From assembly GCA_965222375.1 (NCBI GenBank), contig CBDCTZ010000014.1:896001-960000 (forward strand): a stretch of DNA of 64,000 nt, read 5' to 3'. A program made the position numbers and the translations under genes. Below the pieces are notes generated by a model. It searched no databases. It was not told the DNA's origin and saw only the letters and a list, made by a program, of their open reading frames with translations. Positions 29,569 to 38,838 of this stretch are shown piece after piece; the stretch's first letter is position 1, and each line of letters begins with the position of its first letter. Source of the DNA: Polyangiaceae bacterium (lineage in GTDB: Bacteria; Myxococcota_A; Polyangia; Polyangiales; Polyangiaceae).

Positions 29569-31857
29569 ATGGTCGAATCCGTGCAGGCCGCGCTGCTCAC
29601 GCGGCAATGGATCGATCGTCGCGACGGTGTTGAGCTGACGTTTTGGGCGGTCTCGGAGGCCGGGCCGATCAAGATCGTGCTGTCGGGCCAAGAGGCCGTG
29701 CTGTTCTTGGATCGCGAGGTGTCGAACCAGGCGGGGCGGCGCAAGCCGGTGCAACTGAAGAGCCTCTCCGGGCGACCCGTCGATGCCGTCTACTTCACGA
29801 ATCAGCGCGACCTTGTCGCCGAGCGCGCGCGGATCCGCGAGGGCATGAACCGAACCTTCGAGGGCACCATCAAGCCGCAGGATCGCTTCCTGATGGAGCG
29901 ATTCGTCACCGGGGCGATCTGCGTGGAGGGCGAGCTCATTCAACGCAACGGATTCCTGGAAGCGACCAACCCCCGCATCCGGGCCTGCGAATACACCCCG
30001 AACCTAAAGCTGCTCGCCTTCGACATCGAGACTGATGGTTTGGAAGGCGAGTTGCTGTCCATCGCGGTGGCCGGCGCGGGGGGCGAGCGGGTGTGGATGC
30101 GCAGCGACCCAGCGGGTGCGGAGCACCCGAGCTACACCCTCGTCGTCGACGAGGCTGCGCTGATCAGCGCCTTTATCGAACATGTGACGCAAGCAGATCC
30201 CGACGTGCTTTGTGGTTGGAACGTCATTGAATTCGACCTCGCCACCCTCGAGCGCAAAGCCCGAGAGCGTGGCATCGACTTCAAGCTGGGGCGGGGCGGC
30301 GAGCGCGCGAAGGTCTTGCCACCGCAAAGCGTTCAGCAGCCCTTCGTAGCTCGGGTCCCTGGGCGCGTCGTGCTCGATGGCGTGGCTACGCTTCGATCGG
30401 CGACCTACGCCTTCGACAGCTTTCGCCTCGAGGACGTAGGGCAGACCCTGTTGGGGCGTGGCAAGAAGATCGAGCACGGCGGCGATCCCGTCGCGGAGAT
30501 CCGTCGGCTCTTCGCCGAGGACAAACCCGCACTAGCGGCCTACAACCTCGAGGACTGCCGCTTGGTGCTCGACATCTTCGACGCCGCCGACCTGGTGGGC
30601 TTCGCCGTGGAGCGACAAGCGCTGACGGGGCTGCCGATGGATCGCCAGGGTGGCTCGGCGGCGGCTTTCGACAACCTCTATCTGCCGCGCTTGCATCGCC
30701 GGGACTACGTCGCTCCCGACGTGGGCGACGGCATGGAGGTCGTGCACAGCCCCGGGGGCTACGTGATGGATTCCGCTCCCGGGCTCTACGACAACGTGCT
30801 GGTGCTCGACTTCAAGAGCCTGTACCCGAGCATCATTCGGACCTTTGCGATCGATCCCCTGGGCCTCGCGGTGCCCGGAGACGATCCGATCCCCGGCTTC
30901 GAAGGCGGGGCCTTCGCGCGGGAGGGTCACATTCTGCCAGCGCTGATCGAGGGCCTGTGGTCCGCTCGGGACGAGGCGAAACGCCGCAAGGACGCGGCGC
31001 GGTCTCGGGCGATCAAGATCTTGATGAACTCGTTCTACGGCGTGTTGGGTAGCGGGGGCTGTCGCTTTTTCAGCCCCAAGCTGGCCAGCTCAATCACGCT
31101 CCGGGGCCACGAGATCATCCTGGAGAGTCGACAGTTCATCGAGGCGCGGGATTTGGAAGTGATCTACGGCGACACGGACTCGCTATTCGTGCACGTGGGC
31201 AAGGCCGATGACGAAGAATGCGCCCGGATCGGCCGGGCTTTGGCTCGGGACTTGAACACGTATTGGACCCAGCGCCTGACGGACGTCTATCGCATCGACA
31301 GTCACCTCGAGCTCGAGTTCGAGACCCACTTCCGTCGCTTTCTGATGCCGACGATGCGCGGCTCCGACAAGGGAAGCAAGAAGCGCTACGCGGGCGTCAT
31401 TGGGCACGGCCCGGAGGCCTCGCTGGTGATCAAGGGCCTCGAAGCGGCCCGGACGGACTGGACGCCACTGGCCCGGCGCTTTCAACGCGAGCTGCTGCGC
31501 CGGGTTTTCATCGGAGAGCCATGGCGTGAGTGGATGACGGATCTGGCCCGCACGCTGCGAGCGGGAGAGCTCGACGATGAGCTGGTCTACCGCAAACGCG
31601 TTCGCAGGAGTTTGGACGAGTATGAGAAGAACGTGCCGCCCCACATCCAAGCCGCCCGAAAACTCGGCCGTCCCACTCGCGAGATCCGCTACGTTATCAC
31701 CAGCCAAGGCGCCGAACCCATCGACCTGCCCCACGCCCGCCTCGACTACGACCATTACCTGGAGAGACAGCTCGCCCCGGCGGCAGACTGCGTGTTGCCA
31801 TTCTTGGGCACCAGCTTCGACGCAGTGGCGGGAAGGCAGATGGTTTTGTTTGAGTGA
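29569..31857 (+). CDS. polB: DNA polymerase II (family B)
   Basis: FDIET (exo I), GWNVIEFD, DFKSLYPSII, KILMNSFYG, YGDTDS and KKRYAG. Confidence 0.95.
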   Translation: MVESVQAALLTRQWIDRRDGVELTFWAVSEAGPIKIVLSGQEAVLFLDREVSNQAGRRKPVQLKSLSGRPVDAVYFTNQRDLVAERARIREGMNRTFEGTIKPQDRFLMERFVTGAICVEGELIQRNGFLEATNPRIRACEYTPNLKLLAFDIETDGLEGELLSIAVAGAGGERVWMRSDPAGAEHPSYTLVVDEAALISAFIEHVTQADPDVLCGWNVIEFDLATLERKARERGIDFKLGRGGERAKVLPPQSVQQPFVARVPGRVVLDGVATLRSATYAFDSFRLEDVGQTLLGRGKKIEHGGDPVAEIRRLFAEDKPALAAYNLEDCRLVLDIFDAADLVGFAVERQALTGLPMDRQGGSAAAFDNLYLPRLHRRDYVAPDVGDGMEVVHSPGGYVMDSAPGLYDNVLVLDFKSLYPSIIRTFAIDPLGLAVPGDDPIPGFEGGAFAREGHILPALIEGLWSARDEAKRRKDAARSRAIKILMNSFYGVLGSGGCRFFSPKLASSITLRGHEIILESRQFIEARDLEVIYGDTDSLFVHVGKADDEECARIGRALARDLNTYWTQRLTDVYRIDSHLELEFETHFRRFLMPTMRGSDKGSKKRYAGVIGHGPEASLVIKGLEAARTDWTPLARRFQRELLRRVFIGEPWREWMTDLARTLRAGELDDELVYRKRVRRSLDEYEKNVPPHIQAARKLGRPTREIRYVITSQGAEPIDLPHARLDYDHYLERQLAPAADCVLPFLGTSFDAVAGRQMVLFE

Positions 31858-32030
31858 GGGTTGACATCAAGGGGTGCGTTCACACGTAGCGAGTCCTCAA
31901 CGGAGACGCAGGCGAAGTCGAGTGTGTTGTGATCCTGAGCGACTTGGTGTGATGGCGTGAAGGTGAAGCTATGGAGCGCTTGACTCGCGCGAAGCGTCAT
32001 CCTTTGGTTTTCCGGTTACGCCGGAGTGAT

Positions 32031-32070
32031 TTGACAGCAGGGCAATCTGCATGTACATGCATGTACATGG
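32031..32070 (+). promoter_or_regulatory. Putative vapBC promoter and tandem palindromic operator
   Basis: TTGACA at 32031-36; overlapping palindromes (CATGTACATG twice) span the -10 position and the start codon. Confidence 0.6.
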
Positions 32071-32309
32071 CAACGAAGACTATTTCCATTGATTTGGCGG
32101 CGTACGAACGTCTTCGGAAGGCTCGCCAACGACCGGATGAGTCTTTCTCGCAGGTCATCAAACGCGCTCGTTGGAACGAGTCTGGTGTTAGCGGTGCCTC
32201 GCTGCTCGAGGCGCTACGGACCGCTCCGGTCCTGTCTCGTTCGGTTATTGAACGCCTCGAGAGGGTCCAGCGAGAGGATGCCCCGCCGGATGAGTCGTGG
32301 ACCGAATAG
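32067..32309 (+). CDS. vapB: VapB-family antitoxin
   Basis: MATKTISIDLAAYERL..DESFSQVIKR pattern, directly upstream of a PIN toxin. Confidence 0.82.
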   Translation: MATKTISIDLAAYERLRKARQRPDESFSQVIKRARWNESGVSGASLLEALRTAPVLSRSVIERLERVQREDAPPDESWTE

Positions 32310-32704
32310 CCCTCGACACGACGTTTCTCATCGACCTGCAGAACGAGCGCCGGAAACGAGGCAAACGACGCGGCGCGATCGCGTTCCTGGAGTCGAATCG
32401 TGAAACGGAACTGGTCTTGCCCTGCGTGGCACTAGGTGAGTACCTGGAAGGCTTCGACGATCCGGGCTCTGACGACGCGCGGGCATTGGTCTCAGGCATT
32501 CGCCTACTCGATGTGACGCCAGAGGTTGCCCGGCAGTACGCGACGATCGCGCGGTCGTTGCGGAGGCGTGGTCAGCTCATCGGTAGCAACGACTTGTGGA
32601 TCGGCTGCACGGCGCGGGCATTCAGCGTCCCAATCGTGACGCGCAACGCCGAGCACTTCCGCCGCATCCCCAAGCTTCAGGTCGTGGCGTACGCAACGAG
32701 TTGA
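32297..32704 (+). CDS. vapC: VapC PIN-domain toxin
   Basis: LDTTFLID, GE, NDLWIGCTA and VTRNAEHF. Confidence 0.92.
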   Translation: MDRIALDTTFLIDLQNERRKRGKRRGAIAFLESNRETELVLPCVALGEYLEGFDDPGSDDARALVSGIRLLDVTPEVARQYATIARSLRRRGQLIGSNDLWIGCTARAFSVPIVTRNAEHFRRIPKLQVVAYATS

Positions 32705-32735
32705 TTCGGGGCGGCGAGAAGCAAGTGACACCTGC

Positions 32736-33066
32736 GTGGCGCGTCCTCCGTGTGGACGCTTCTGTCCGGCGTTCCTGTACTGCTTCGCCGTCGCCGGCCG
32801 GCGCTACGGTTTCGATGTGTACTGGTTGATGGTGATGAGCAATCACTACCACGCGGGAATCTACGACCGACACGGACGCTATCCGGAGTTCCTACGCTAC
32901 TTTCCCAGCCTCTTGGCCCGCTGCCTCAACTGCCACCACAGTCGCTGGGAAAACTTCTGGTCCACGGAGCAAACCGGGGCCTTGCATCTCGCCGACGACA
33001 ACGCTGTCTTCGAAAAGCAGATCTACTCACTGTGCAATGCTGTGGAAGATCACCTGGTTGAACGTC
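32736..33066 (+). pseudogene. Y1 (IS200-like/RAYT) tyrosine transposase fragment
   Basis: MSNHYH HUH motif, ENFW, and IYSLCNAVEDHLV (degenerate Y..NPV). Truncated on both sides. Confidence 0.75.
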
Positions 33067-33387
33067 GTTTCGCCGACGATGCGCACCGTGGTCACCCGGA
33101 TCGGCGACGGCCGCGGCCACCTGAGCCGCCCGATCGGCTGCGTGCTGCGTCGGCTCGAGATCACCCGAAGCGCCGGCGACGAGCCGACGGACATCGAGCT
33201 TCCGGTCGTCGGCCGCTACTGCTACCCGTCCGGCGTAGCAAACCTCTCACTTGACGATCGCTTCATCGTCACCCACCACGGCGCGACACCCGAAGACGCC
33301 CGAGCTCTTGGCTTCTCAGGCCACAGCGACCCGGACTTCGCGCCCTACAACGGCATCTCGAACATCTACTTGGTCGACGCAAATTAG
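33067..33387 (+). pseudogene. Fragment of a TolB/PD40-like myxobacterial protein
   Basis: NLSLDDRFIVTHH...SNIYLVD blade-like motifs; no start codon, fused to the transposase fragment. Confidence 0.35.
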
Positions 33388-33902
33388 GCCACTTCGCGAC
33401 GCGTGTTGGTGAAGCGATCCGTGACAAAAGCGGAGAGTGCCTTTGGCCCGATGTAGCTCTCGCGCGTGGTTTGGTCCCGTCACAGAACCGCGCTTCATCG
33501 GTCGAGATGCCAAGCTCGATATGCTTCTAGCGGGCTGGCCGCAACCGATCGTATGACCTCGCGTTGACCCGTGTTGAGATTCGACGAGCGGCCAGGTCTT
33601 GCGTGCAGCTGGGCCGTCTCGAATGCGATGCAGGTGCCACCGGATCGCCGTCAGCTCTGCAAGGTGCCTGCCTGTCGAGCGCAAAAGACAGCGTCGGCGG
33701 CTCGAAGCCACCTCTCTCGGCGTGTTTCGGCAGCCGCCTTCTTGCGCAGGCAATCGTGCACGTCATCCCCGAATGTTCTCCGCTTGTCACTCGAGCCACG
33801 CACAGACTTCTTCCGCGAGCTTGCTGATCTTGTCAACCCTCAACGAGTTGTTGCAGTTCACAGCCTAAAGCTCGGATCTTGATGGACACGTCTTGGCGTT
33901 TA

Positions 33903-33940
33903 CGTCGAAGCAAGGACGTCTTGAATGCTGAGCGGTCGAA
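33903..33940 (+). repeat. 38-bp direct repeat, copy 1 (copy 2 at 34998-35035); probable IS66 left-end remnant
   Basis: CGTCGAAGCAAGGACGTCTTGAATGCTGAGCGGTCGAA versus CGTCGCAGCGAGGCCGTCTTGAAAGCTGAGCGGTCGAA, 4 mismatches. Confidence 0.8.
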
Positions 33941-34206
33941 TCGCGATGATCTGAGGCAATGGCAAGGCGAAATGACAGCGAGCGATGGGACGCAATTGTG
34001 GCAGACGCGGAAGCAACCACACGTGGACGCGCTCGCCCCGACGTGTCTCCTCGTAGAGCACATCGATTTCGCGACCAGGGGTGACTGTGAGATCAAATCT
34101 GAACCACTACGACTCAACTGTGGGCGCTGTAGCTAGCAGCGCTCGAATTGCCGGGTCATGGCGGTGCTGGTGGCGTGGCGCGACCTCTCAATGGTAGCGT
34201 AGCGCA

Positions 34207-34938
34207 ATGAAAGCCTGGACAATGAGTGACCACGAGCGGCTCGACGAGGAGACGCTCAGAAGCTCCTGCGCCGCCATCCTGCCCGATTGGCCGGCTAACT
34301 CAGCGCGAACGATCGCGGATTGGTGCGACGACGGTGAGGCCTGGGAGCTGGGAAACGTCCTTGAATGCGATGGCAACGATGGGGCCGACGTCATCGAACG
34401 GATGACCCGGCTGCGGCCGGGGCAACTCCTCGGCTTGCGGCTACGCGAGTGCAATATCGATGGCGCGCAACTTCATCATATTGTTGGAAGTCCGCCTTGC
34501 TCCGAGCTGGTGGCGCTCGACGTGTCCTACTGCGACCTGGGGGGCCAGCTTGACTCGCTCGCATCGCTGTCACCAACCGTGAAGTTGCTCTGGCTGGATG
34601 CGTGCAAGCTGGAGGACGAAGACGTGCTCGGCTTGACCAAGGTCAAGCTCGTCGGCGGTCTCGCGAGACTCTCGCTTGCGAACAATGCCAATTGTCACGC
34701 TAAGCCCGTCCTGCGCTTGGCCGAGGTCTTCTCGAAGCGGCCGCGAAGCTTGCATCTGTTTCAGGAGGACTGCCCAACCGATATTTTTCTTTCGCTCCTC
34801 GAGCATTTCGCAGATGCCACTGGTCACTCCGGTGACCAACTGCGCAGCGAGCTTCACCGTTTCGCAGACTCACCTGCGTTCGACGAGTCCACGAGCTACG
34901 AGATCAAGTACCAGATGGACCTCATCTTTGATCACTAG
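34207..34938 (+). CDS. Hypothetical LRR-like protein
   Basis: LxxLxLxxC/N repeats (LRLREC, LDVSYC, LWLDAC, LSLANN); TANNNT box 6 nt upstream of ATG. Confidence 0.65.
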   Translation: MKAWTMSDHERLDEETLRSSCAAILPDWPANSARTIADWCDDGEAWELGNVLECDGNDGADVIERMTRLRPGQLLGLRLRECNIDGAQLHHIVGSPPCSELVALDVSYCDLGGQLDSLASLSPTVKLLWLDACKLEDEDVLGLTKVKLVGGLARLSLANNANCHAKPVLRLAEVFSKRPRSLHLFQEDCPTDIFLSLLEHFADATGHSGDQLRSELHRFADSPAFDESTSYEIKYQMDLIFDH

Positions 34939-34992
34939 GAATAACTGGAGCCCCCGGCTTGGTCAGCTCCAACGTACGTCCTCCTCGTGCAC

Positions 34993-35268
34993 GTAACCGT
35001 CGCAGCGAGGCCGTCTTGAAAGCTGAGCGGTCGAAAGGAGGCCGGAAAGAACCTCGCAGCGCTCTACACCGTGGTCGCAACCTGCGACGCCTGCGGCGTC
35101 GAGCCCCTGGCGTACCTCACCGACGTCCTGATGCGCCTCGGCTCCACTCCCATGTCCGAACCGATGAGCTCTTGCCCAAGAACTGGGCTCCTTCCACCCG
35201 AATCGTCAGCGCATCCTGACCTCTGAATACAGCGTGCAAGTCAACTACGTCGGCCGTGCTCCGGTTAC
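34993..35268 (+). mobile_element. Internally deleted IS66-family element (MITE-like)
   Basis: Ends GTAACCG...CGGTTAC. Encodes the IS66 TnpC C-terminus GKNLAALYTVVATC..GVEPLAYLTDVL, then a frameshift, then DELLPKNW. No 8-bp target duplication seen. Confidence 0.75.
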
Positions 35269-35915
35269 GGGTTTACAGGCTCGCTCTCGAGCGCAAGTAC
35301 ACCGAAAACACACTCGTGAACCCGGTACAGCGGCTCTTTCTCGACGAAGCGGTGCAGAGCTTCGATTCCGAGCGCGAACTTGCGAAGAGCGAGGGCAGTC
35401 GTCGATCTCGCCGGTCGACTCTCCGTACAGAGCAACAAACTCCCGGACGCCGCCAGAGCCTCGGCCTTGCAGGGTTTCCCGCATGCCGGCGTGAGCGACG
35501 ACCAGGTTGCCGTCGTCGAGCACGTAATGGCTGACAAGACCATCGATGAATTCGGCTACTTCGGCCTTGAAGTCATCGGGCTCGGCCTAGAGCTGTTCGA
35601 CGGACCGCTCCAGCCCGTGCTTGAGTTGGACGTTCTTGCCCCGCAGCTTGCGCATCAGCTTCACGTCGTGGTTGCCGGGCACGCAAAGGGCGTGACCCGA
35701 GCGAACCATGTTCATCGCTAGGCGCAGCACGGCAGGCGTTGCGGGTCCACGGTCGACGAGGTCTCCAAGAAACACCGCCCGCCTGTTGCTTGGAGGCGTT
35801 GCGCTTGGTGCCGAGCCCAGCTTCTCGAGCAGAGTGCACAGCTCGTTGAAGCAACCGTGGACGTCGCCGATGATGTCGAACGGGCCATGTTCTTCGCGCT
35901 TGTCATTCCAGAGAA
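35269..35915 (-). pseudogene. Polynucleotide kinase-phosphatase (Pnkp) remnant
   Basis: HGPFDIIGDVHGC, GDLVDRG, GNHD, AHAG and ALYGESTGE, then the Pnkp C-terminus FALGIEAL..RVHECVFGVLALESEPV. In-frame TAG at 35587-89. Confidence 0.85.
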
Positions 35916-36113
35916 AACATCGCGTCGAGCGGGTTGCGGTCGCTCCCCTTTCGCGTCAGACGCGACTATTCGCGAGCTCGGTCAACGGAATGACCTCAAT
36001 TTGTTTGGAGAGCGGATAACGCTTGCTGCCAGGGTAGACGACCACGATACGTGACAATCCCAACTCCTCGAGCGCGATGCGCATCGATCGCGTAACAGGT
36101 TGGGCCACTACTC

Positions 36114-36168
36114 TCGACTATGGGGTGGCCTGTCCGTCCAGGGCAAAGTGGTCCGTGGCCTGGGGTGT
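36114..36168 (-). mobile_element. Orphan right end of the IS110/IS1111 element
   Basis: 36106-36156 is the reverse complement of 49512-49562 (51 bp, 2 mismatches), including the sub-terminal IR, the GA core and 8 bp of target flank. Confidence 0.85.
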
Positions 36169-36169
36169 C

Positions 36170-36520
36170 GAAACTACCTTCGGGTGGGGGTTCGTAGAGG
36201 GTCATTGCCTGGCCGACGCATCGGGGGAGCGCCTTTGTGCCGTTGACGCAGCGGGGATCTGCGGGGCCGTGGTCGCAGTGCGCCTTGTCGTCTTCTTCGA
36301 CGCACGTGCCCCCAAGGGGCACGCAGTCGCGGTAGAGCACCTGGCCCGAGAGATCGCATGCCAGGCGAATGTTGCTGTCGCAGCGACTCCCAGCTGGCGC
36401 GAAACCGGGTCGCAGACGGAAAGGGTGCGGATCGGTACAACCGGTCTCGCTCTGAGGGGAGCATTGGGCGAACGCCCGGGAACAGTCCTGGTGGAGGGTG
36501 TAGCGAAAGATGACCGCTGA
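36170..36520 (-). pseudogene. Fragment of a Cys-rich secreted protein, truncated at the IS end
   Basis: Open frame DCSRAFAQC..RCDSNIRLACD..YRDCVPLGGTC with no proper start. Confidence 0.45.
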
Positions 36521-36679
36521 GCAGCGGGAGCGGCAGATACTGAGCTTCGCCTACGGGAACCTGTCCATTGAGCAACCTGGGGTTACCCGCGAGCAGATCG
36601 AAGCGGCAGCGCACCGCGGACAGCGGTCGCGGCTTGGCCGTTGTGGGGGGCCATGACGCGTCGTTCGTAATGTGAGAGC

Positions 36680-37018
36680 GTGTCCGAGTACTTCTCGTCG
36701 GCGGGCGATCCGCTATGCCGACGCTGCTTCCACGCGGGGCAGACCCAGGAGCAAGACGCCCGGGCTGAAGAATCGCTCCGTGACGAGATCCGGAGCGAAC
36801 TCCGCGACGGAGTCGACAACGTGAGCGCGCTTTTTGCTACACGCGCAGCCGCAGCCAAACCACCCGCCGCCCCAGGAACCGCGTTCCGCTGCGGCCTTCT
36901 GTTCATGGGCGCCGGACTCGCGTTCGCGGTCGTCCAGTTCCTCATCTTTCGGGACATCCCGAAGATTGGTCTACTCCTCGCCGGCCTAGGGTTCGCCGCC
37001 GCGGCGCGCGGGTGGTAG
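36680..37018 (+). CDS. Small membrane protein
   Basis: N-terminal CxxC, two C-terminal TM helices, TAATGT 6 nt upstream of GTG. Confidence 0.6.
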   Translation: MSEYFSSAGDPLCRRCFHAGQTQEQDARAEESLRDEIRSELRDGVDNVSALFATRAAAAKPPAAPGTAFRCGLLFMGAGLAFAVVQFLIFRDIPKIGLLLAGLGFAAAARGW

Positions 37019-37094
37019 GTGTGGCACTATGAGTAGGGGAGCAGGCGGGGAGGTTCGCGGTCTTGAGGCGCCGCTTCGTGGTGCGAGGAAGTTG

Positions 37095-37832
37095 ATGCGG
37101 CTAGGTGCGTTCACCGGTGTGAGTTCGGTGGTCTTCGCTGTCGGAGTTGGATGCGGCGGGTTGGCCGAAGGCTCTGGCTCGGGAGGAGCCGGCAATGCGG
37201 GCATCGGTGGTGCAAGTGGCGTCGGCGCTGGTGGCGCAACAGGTGGTGCAGGCAGCGGCGGGACTGGTGTTTCGGGCAGCGGAGGCCTGGGCACTGGAGG
37301 TCAGCGCACCCAAGGCTGTGCGCTGGCCGTTGGACTGATGGATGGCAGCTACTTGTTCGCGCTTTCGCTGGTGACTGCCGGAAACAAGAGCAACAAGGAC
37401 CGTCCGATCGTTATGGTCAATACGGTGACGACGAGCTCAAAAGGCAATGCACTGCGGGTGAATTGGAGTCTGCAGCCGTTGCAATGGCAGGACCGCAAGA
37501 CTCCGACGGGCAGCGCGCAGGAGTACTCCTTTACCCTTGGCTGGGGCGGCGACGTGGGCCTGGACTTGCCGCCACTCGATGTGCCGGCGGATGCCAATCC
37601 GCTCTCTGGGTCGCCGATCACTTTGGATATTTCGAGTCTCAAGGGTGTGACCTGCAGCCCGGTTAGCTTTCAGTGCGGCACGGAGGACGGAAACGTTACC
37701 AAGCCAATCGCGCTGTCCATCGACGGGTCCACCTGGACAATGGAGCAAATTTTTGGTGGCGTGTACCCCGAGCCGCCCAAAATAGATTGCGATCAGAATC
37801 TCGCGCTGCCGATGCCGTTGCCGCCGCCTTGA
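37095..37832 (+). CDS. Hypothetical lipoprotein
   Basis: Lipobox GVGC, Gly linker, VPADANPLSGS motif. Confidence 0.7.
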   Translation: MRLGAFTGVSSVVFAVGVGCGGLAEGSGSGGAGNAGIGGASGVGAGGATGGAGSGGTGVSGSGGLGTGGQRTQGCALAVGLMDGSYLFALSLVTAGNKSNKDRPIVMVNTVTTSSKGNALRVNWSLQPLQWQDRKTPTGSAQEYSFTLGWGGDVGLDLPPLDVPADANPLSGSPITLDISSLKGVTCSPVSFQCGTEDGNVTKPIALSIDGSTWTMEQIFGGVYPEPPKIDCDQNLALPMPLPPP

Positions 37833-37924
37833 GCGTTGACGCGCAGCTTCTCGCTGGGAGTTATGCGCCGATAGTGCTCCAGTTGGTACGCGCGGCGGCC
37901 CGGGTCCATGGGCCTGACGTTGGC

Positions 37925-38746
37925 TCAGCACGCGGGGCAGCCGCAGGAGACGCCCTTTTGGCCGCTGAGGTCGCTGCATGAATCGAAGGGCGAGATGCAG
38001 GTCGATGGGCCCAGGCAGGCGCAGCTGAAGTTGCCGCCGCAGGTTTTCGGGATCGAAACACAGTGCGGGCGCGGTCCGAGTTGGGTGACGTAGAGGGAGC
38101 ACACGTCCATCGGGGCGCAGTCCCCGCAGCCGGGTACGAACGTGCACTCGCTCGCGGCGACGCATGCGAAGGTGTAGCAGTTGCCCTTGACCTGTGCGAC
38201 CTGACCTGCGGGACAGACGGGTGGCGCGGCTTTGCAGGTGACCTTGGAGGTATCGCAGTCGAAGCCCTTGACGCAGCGGCCGGCGACGCACGAGACGGTC
38301 GTAGGCGAGACGCCCAAAGCTTCACAGGTGTTCTGCTTGCAGATTGCGGGGCATGAGGCAGGATTTGCCGTCTTGGGGACGCCTTCGCAGCTGCAGCAGT
38401 CGTTGAACACCTTGCAGTCCGCGTCTTGTTTGCATTCGGGTGATCCCACGACTCCCCCGGTGCCGCCAGTCGCGCCACCACTGCCTGCGGCGCCGCCAGT
38501 TGCGCCACTGCCCGCAGCTCCTCCGGTTGCGCCAGCTATGCCGGCACTGCCGCCGGTCGCGCCACCTGTGCCGGCGCTGCCACCGCTCGCGCCACCGGAT
38601 CCTGCGCTGCCACCGGTGGAACCACCGCTGCCGCCGCTCGTCGTGTTGCCGCCGCCTCTGGAGCCATCGTCCGAGGATTCACCTCCGCACGCGAGGGCCA
38701 AGAGTGAGAGTGAAGCGACGGGAACAAGCAAGCGCGTCCGTTTCAT
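37925..38746 (-). CDS. Cys-rich lipoprotein
   Basis: MKRTRLL..LALAC signal, GGxxG linker and a very Cys-rich domain. Confidence 0.78.
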   Translation of the reverse strand: MKRTRLLVPVASLSLLALACGGESSDDGSRGGGNTTSGGSGGSTGGSAGSGGASGGSAGTGGATGGSAGIAGATGGAAGSGATGGAAGSGGATGGTGGVVGSPECKQDADCKVFNDCCSCEGVPKTANPASCPAICKQNTCEALGVSPTTVSCVAGRCVKGFDCDTSKVTCKAAPPVCPAGQVAQVKGNCYTFACVAASECTFVPGCGDCAPMDVCSLYVTQLGPRPHCVSIPKTCGGNFSCACLGPSTCISPFDSCSDLSGQKGVSCGCPAC

Positions 38747-38838
38747 GGCGCGAAAAGTACCATGCCTCGGAGCGAAGGCCAGGGCGCAGGTCCGCTCTTG
38801 ACTCGCCGTTGACTCGCTCGACGACGAGGCCTTCGGGC

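Noticed and set aside
32003..32019. Additional IS66 end (TCCGGTTAC)
   Set aside because: Only 9 bp match the 35260-68 end, with no other IS66 sequence adjacent.
33690..33725. tRNA 3'-half-like sequence GGCGGCTCGAAGCCACCTCTCTCGGCG (possible att scar)
   Set aside because: The T-loop deviates from TTCGAAT, there is no CCA, and no cloverleaf can be built.
36090..36113. Integron attC site (GCGTAAC next to the IS target hairpin)
   Set aside because: No matching L boxes or GTTRRRY partner at the proper spacing, and no integrase in the window.
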